Below, piece by piece: positions 61,312 to 64,000 of a stretch of DNA of 64,000 nucleotides. Made by a program: the position numbers and the translations under genes. Source of the stretch: Segatella copri (GTDB lineage: Bacteria > Bacteroidota > Bacteroidia > Bacteroidales > Bacteroidaceae); contig JAJWFY010000009.1 of assembly GCA_021615735.1 (NCBI GenBank), positions 21,527 to 85,526 on the forward strand, in the 5' to 3' direction. Each line of letters begins with the position of its first letter. Within the stretch, counting starts at the first letter, position 1. Below the pieces are notes generated by a model. That model was not told the origin of the DNA. It made no database searches and saw nothing but the letters and a program-made list of their open reading frames with translations.

Positions 61312-64000
61312 ATGAAAAAATCGATTCTGACGATGCTGCTGCTGTTGACGGCAATAGCATCCTTTGCTCAACAGCGACTGATATCCGGTCAGATTACCGA
61401 CCGCGATACCAAGGAAGCCATTGAGCAGGTAACTGTTCAATTGCTTAAGAGCGACAGCACGTATGTGGCTGGTGCCATCAGCAATGAGAACGGACTCTTT
61501 CATGTCACCGCTCCGGCTAATGGCAAGTATCTGCTCAAGATTTCGAGCGTAGGATACAAGGCTACCGTGAAGCATATCCAAATTTCTGATAACAAGGATC
61601 TGGCTATGGGTAAGATTGTGCTGGGTGCTGAGGCTATCATGCTGAAAGGCGCAGTGGTAACAGCCATGGCTCAGAAGGTAACCCTGAAGGAGGATACTTT
61701 CGTGTACAATTCTTCTGCCTATCGCACACCGGAAGGCTCGGTAGTAGAGGAACTCGTAAAGCGTCTGCCGGGTGCAGAGGTGAGCGATGACGGTACTATT
61801 AAGATCAATGGTAAGGAAGTAAAGAAGATTCTCGTAGACGGCAAAGAGTTTATGACGGGCGATACCAAGACTGCCTTGAAGAACCTGCCTACCAGCATCA
61901 TCGAGAAAATCAAGGCATACGATGAGAAGAGTGACCTCTCTAAGGTGACCGGTATTGATGATGGTGAGGAGCAGACCGTGCTCGACTTCGGTGTGAAGAA
62001 GGGTATGAACAAGGGCTTGATTTCCAATATCGACTTGGGTGTGGGCAACAAGAGCCGCTATAACATGCGTGGCATGGGAGGTTATTTCAGTGATAACAAC
62101 CGATTCATGCTCTTTGCCAATGCCAATAACACCAGCGACCGTGGTTTCGGAGGCGGTGGCCCCGGTAGAGGCTTCGGAGGTGCTAACGGTTTGAATGCCA
62201 GCAAGATGATTGCTGCCAACTACAATTACGAACTGAAAGATAAATTCAAGTTTAATACTTCACTTCGCTGGAATCACAGCGATGGCGATATTTGGAGCCG
62301 TCGTTCCAGCGAGAACTTCATGGGTAGTAGCTCTTCGTTCAGCAACAGCTTGACTCAGAATTTCTCCCGCAGCAATAGCTGGAACGGTAACATCCGATTG
62401 GAGTGGATGCCTGATTCCATGACCAATATCCTCTTCCGTCCTTCCATCTCCTGGAATACCAGCGATGGATTGAGTGGCAGCCAGTCGGCTTCTTACAACA
62501 AGGATCCTTATACCATTACCACCAAAGACCCTCTTTCTAAGGAAGGTATTGAGGAGTTGGACAAGGCTGAGGCTATGGTGAACAGTCAGTTGACTAACGG
62601 AATCACCTATTCTGATAATAACAATATCAGGGGTATGCTGCAGGTGAACCGCAAGTTGGGCAACAAGGGACGCAACATCACCTTGCGTATGGATGCCAAA
62701 TATACGGATAATGACAGCAAGAGCATCTCGCTCAACAATGCCAAGCTCTATCTCGTACAGACAGCGGAGGGTAAGGATTCTACTTATCAGACCAACCGCT
62801 ATAACCTGACTCCTTCGAAGAATTACAGTTATGCGGGCCAGTTGACCTATAGTGAGCCACTCTGGAAGGCTACCTTCCTGCAGTTCAGCTATAAGTTTAC
62901 TTACAGCTACTCCAAGAGCGACCGCAGCACCTACGATTTCAGCAAGTATGCGATGAATGGCGATCATGAATATCGTGGTTGGGATAGCTACCTGAATCCG
63001 TTTGCCGGTCAGCTTGGTAATTACAGAAATGATGAATTGAGCCGTTTCTCTGAGTATCGCAACTACAATCACGATATCCAGGTGATGATGCGATTCGTCC
63101 GTCAGAAGTATAACTTGAACTTCGGTGTGATGATTCAGCCACAACAGTCGAAGTATATCCAGGAATATCAGGGAGTGCATGTAGATACCGTCCGCAACGT
63201 AACGAATATCAGTCCAACCCTCGATTTCCGTTATCGCTTCTCAAAGATGAGCAACCTGCGCGTGAATTACCGTGGTACCACCTCTCAGCCAAGCATCTCT
63301 CAGTTGCTTGACATCACAGATAACAGCGACCCGCTGAACATCTCGAAGGGTAACCCTGGATTGAAGCCATCGTTCACCCAGAACTTCCGATTGTTCTACA
63401 ACAATTTCGTGCAGAACCACAACAAGGGTGTCATGACCTTCATCAACTTCTCTACCACTAACAATAGCATTAGCAATAAGGTGACTTACGATGAGAAGAC
63501 TGGTGGTAGAATCACCCGACCTGAGAATATCAATGGTAACTGGAATGTGATGGGAGCCTTTATGTTCAACTGCTCTATCGATAGTGCCGGTGTATGGAAC
63601 TTGAATACCGACACCTACTTGGGTTACAACAACTATGTGAGCTATCTGAGTCTCGACAAGCAGTCTGATTCCCAGAAGAATACCACCCGCAGTACTACTT
63701 GGAGAGAGCGCCTCTCTTTCAGCTATCGCAACAACTGGCTGGAGCTTTCGCTCGATGGAACATTGAATTATAACCATGCTACAAACAAGTTGCAGCCTAA
63801 CAGCAACCTCAATACCTGGCAGTTCTCTTATGGTCCTAGCATGACGCTTACAGCGCCTTGGGGTACCAGCTTGAACTCAAGCCTCTCTATCAGCAGCCGC
63901 CGCGGTTATAGCGACAGCAGCATGAATACGGATGAGTTTGTATGGAATGCGCAGCTCTCTCAGGGTTTCCTGAAGGGCAAGCCTCTTACCATCATGCTGC
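61312..64000 (+). CDS. Outer-membrane beta-barrel family protein (CarboxypepD_reg-like N-terminus plus TonB-dependent-receptor-like barrel), 3' end off the window
   Basis: The translation starts MKKSILTMLLLLTAIASFAQQRLISGQITDRDTKEAIEQVTVQLL and continues with VKRLPGAEVSDDGTIKINGKEVKKILVDGKEFMTGD. The frame is open to position 64000, so it is absent from the ORF track. The minus ORFs 62260..63180 and 63241..63777 are shadows. Confidence 0.85.
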   Translation, partial: MKKSILTMLLLLTAIASFAQQRLISGQITDRDTKEAIEQVTVQLLKSDSTYVAGAISNENGLFHVTAPANGKYLLKISSVGYKATVKHIQISDNKDLAMGKIVLGAEAIMLKGAVVTAMAQKVTLKEDTFVYNSSAYRTPEGSVVEELVKRLPGAEVSDDGTIKINGKEVKKILVDGKEFMTGDTKTALKNLPTSIIEKIKAYDEKSDLSKVTGIDDGEEQTVLDFGVKKGMNKGLISNIDLGVGNKSRYNMRGMGGYFSDNNRFMLFANANNTSDRGFGGGGPGRGFGGANGLNASKMIAANYNYELKDKFKFNTSLRWNHSDGDIWSRRSSENFMGSSSSFSNSLTQNFSRSNSWNGNIRLEWMPDSMTNILFRPSISWNTSDGLSGSQSASYNKDPYTITTKDPLSKEGIEELDKAEAMVNSQLTNGITYSDNNNIRGMLQVNRKLGNKGRNITLRMDAKYTDNDSKSISLNNAKLYLVQTAEGKDSTYQTNRYNLTPSKNYSYAGQLTYSEPLWKATFLQFSYKFTYSYSKSDRSTYDFSKYAMNGDHEYRGWDSYLNPFAGQLGNYRNDELSRFSEYRNYNHDIQVMMRFVRQKYNLNFGVMIQPQQSKYIQEYQGVHVDTVRNVTNISPTLDFRYRFSKMSNLRVNYRGTTSQPSISQLLDITDNSDPLNISKGNPGLKPSFTQNFRLFYNNFVQNHNKGVMTFINFSTTNNSISNKVTYDEKTGGRITRPENINGNWNVMGAFMFNCSIDSAGVWNLNTDTYLGYNNYVSYLSLDKQSDSQKNTTRSTTWRERLSFSYRNNWLELSLDGTLNYNHATNKLQPNSNLNTWQFSYGPSMTLTAPWGTSLNSSLSISSRRGYSDSSMNTDEFVWNAQLSQGFLKGKPLTIML

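Overview
This window looks like a chromosomal segment from a Bacteroidales genome, probably Prevotella/Segatella-like. The evidence is a TAnnTTTG -7 promoter box in front of most genes, a hybrid two-component regulator, a T9SS C-terminal sorting tail, many SpII lipoproteins and TonB-dependent barrels. I call about 45 CDS, mostly housekeeping: dnaX, pyrC, plsC, mfd, a trpB2-like gene, gpx, rpmE, udk, lptD-like, PBP1A, rfbD/rfbB, menC/menE and aroB. I saw no rRNA, tRNA, CRISPR array, transposase, integrase or prophage genes, so this is not an obvious mobile island. Five things stand out. (1) A family of intergenic repeats is built from 7-nt-periodic A/T-rich words that each carry a stop triplet. 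They sit directly after stop codons at 10 or more sites. At three sites they form inverted arms around a conserved GC-rich core of about 40 nt. (2) A cluster at 19.5-32.6 kb combines two secreted nucleases, a SusD-less TonB-dependent barrel operon with two lipoproteins carrying OB-fold-like modules, a T9SS cargo protein with a similar module, and udk plus a UDG-family gene. I read it as a candidate extracellular nucleic-acid capture and utilisation locus. (3) The hybrid two-component regulator has lost its ATPase domain and its phospho-acceptor His but keeps an intact receiver. (4) A 211-bp GC-rich nested palindrome lies next to an unlisted 53-codon ORF. (5) Three consensus promoters face intrinsic terminators with no CDS between them, which makes them small-RNA candidates. 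All family assignments come from motif recognition by eye, not from database searches.
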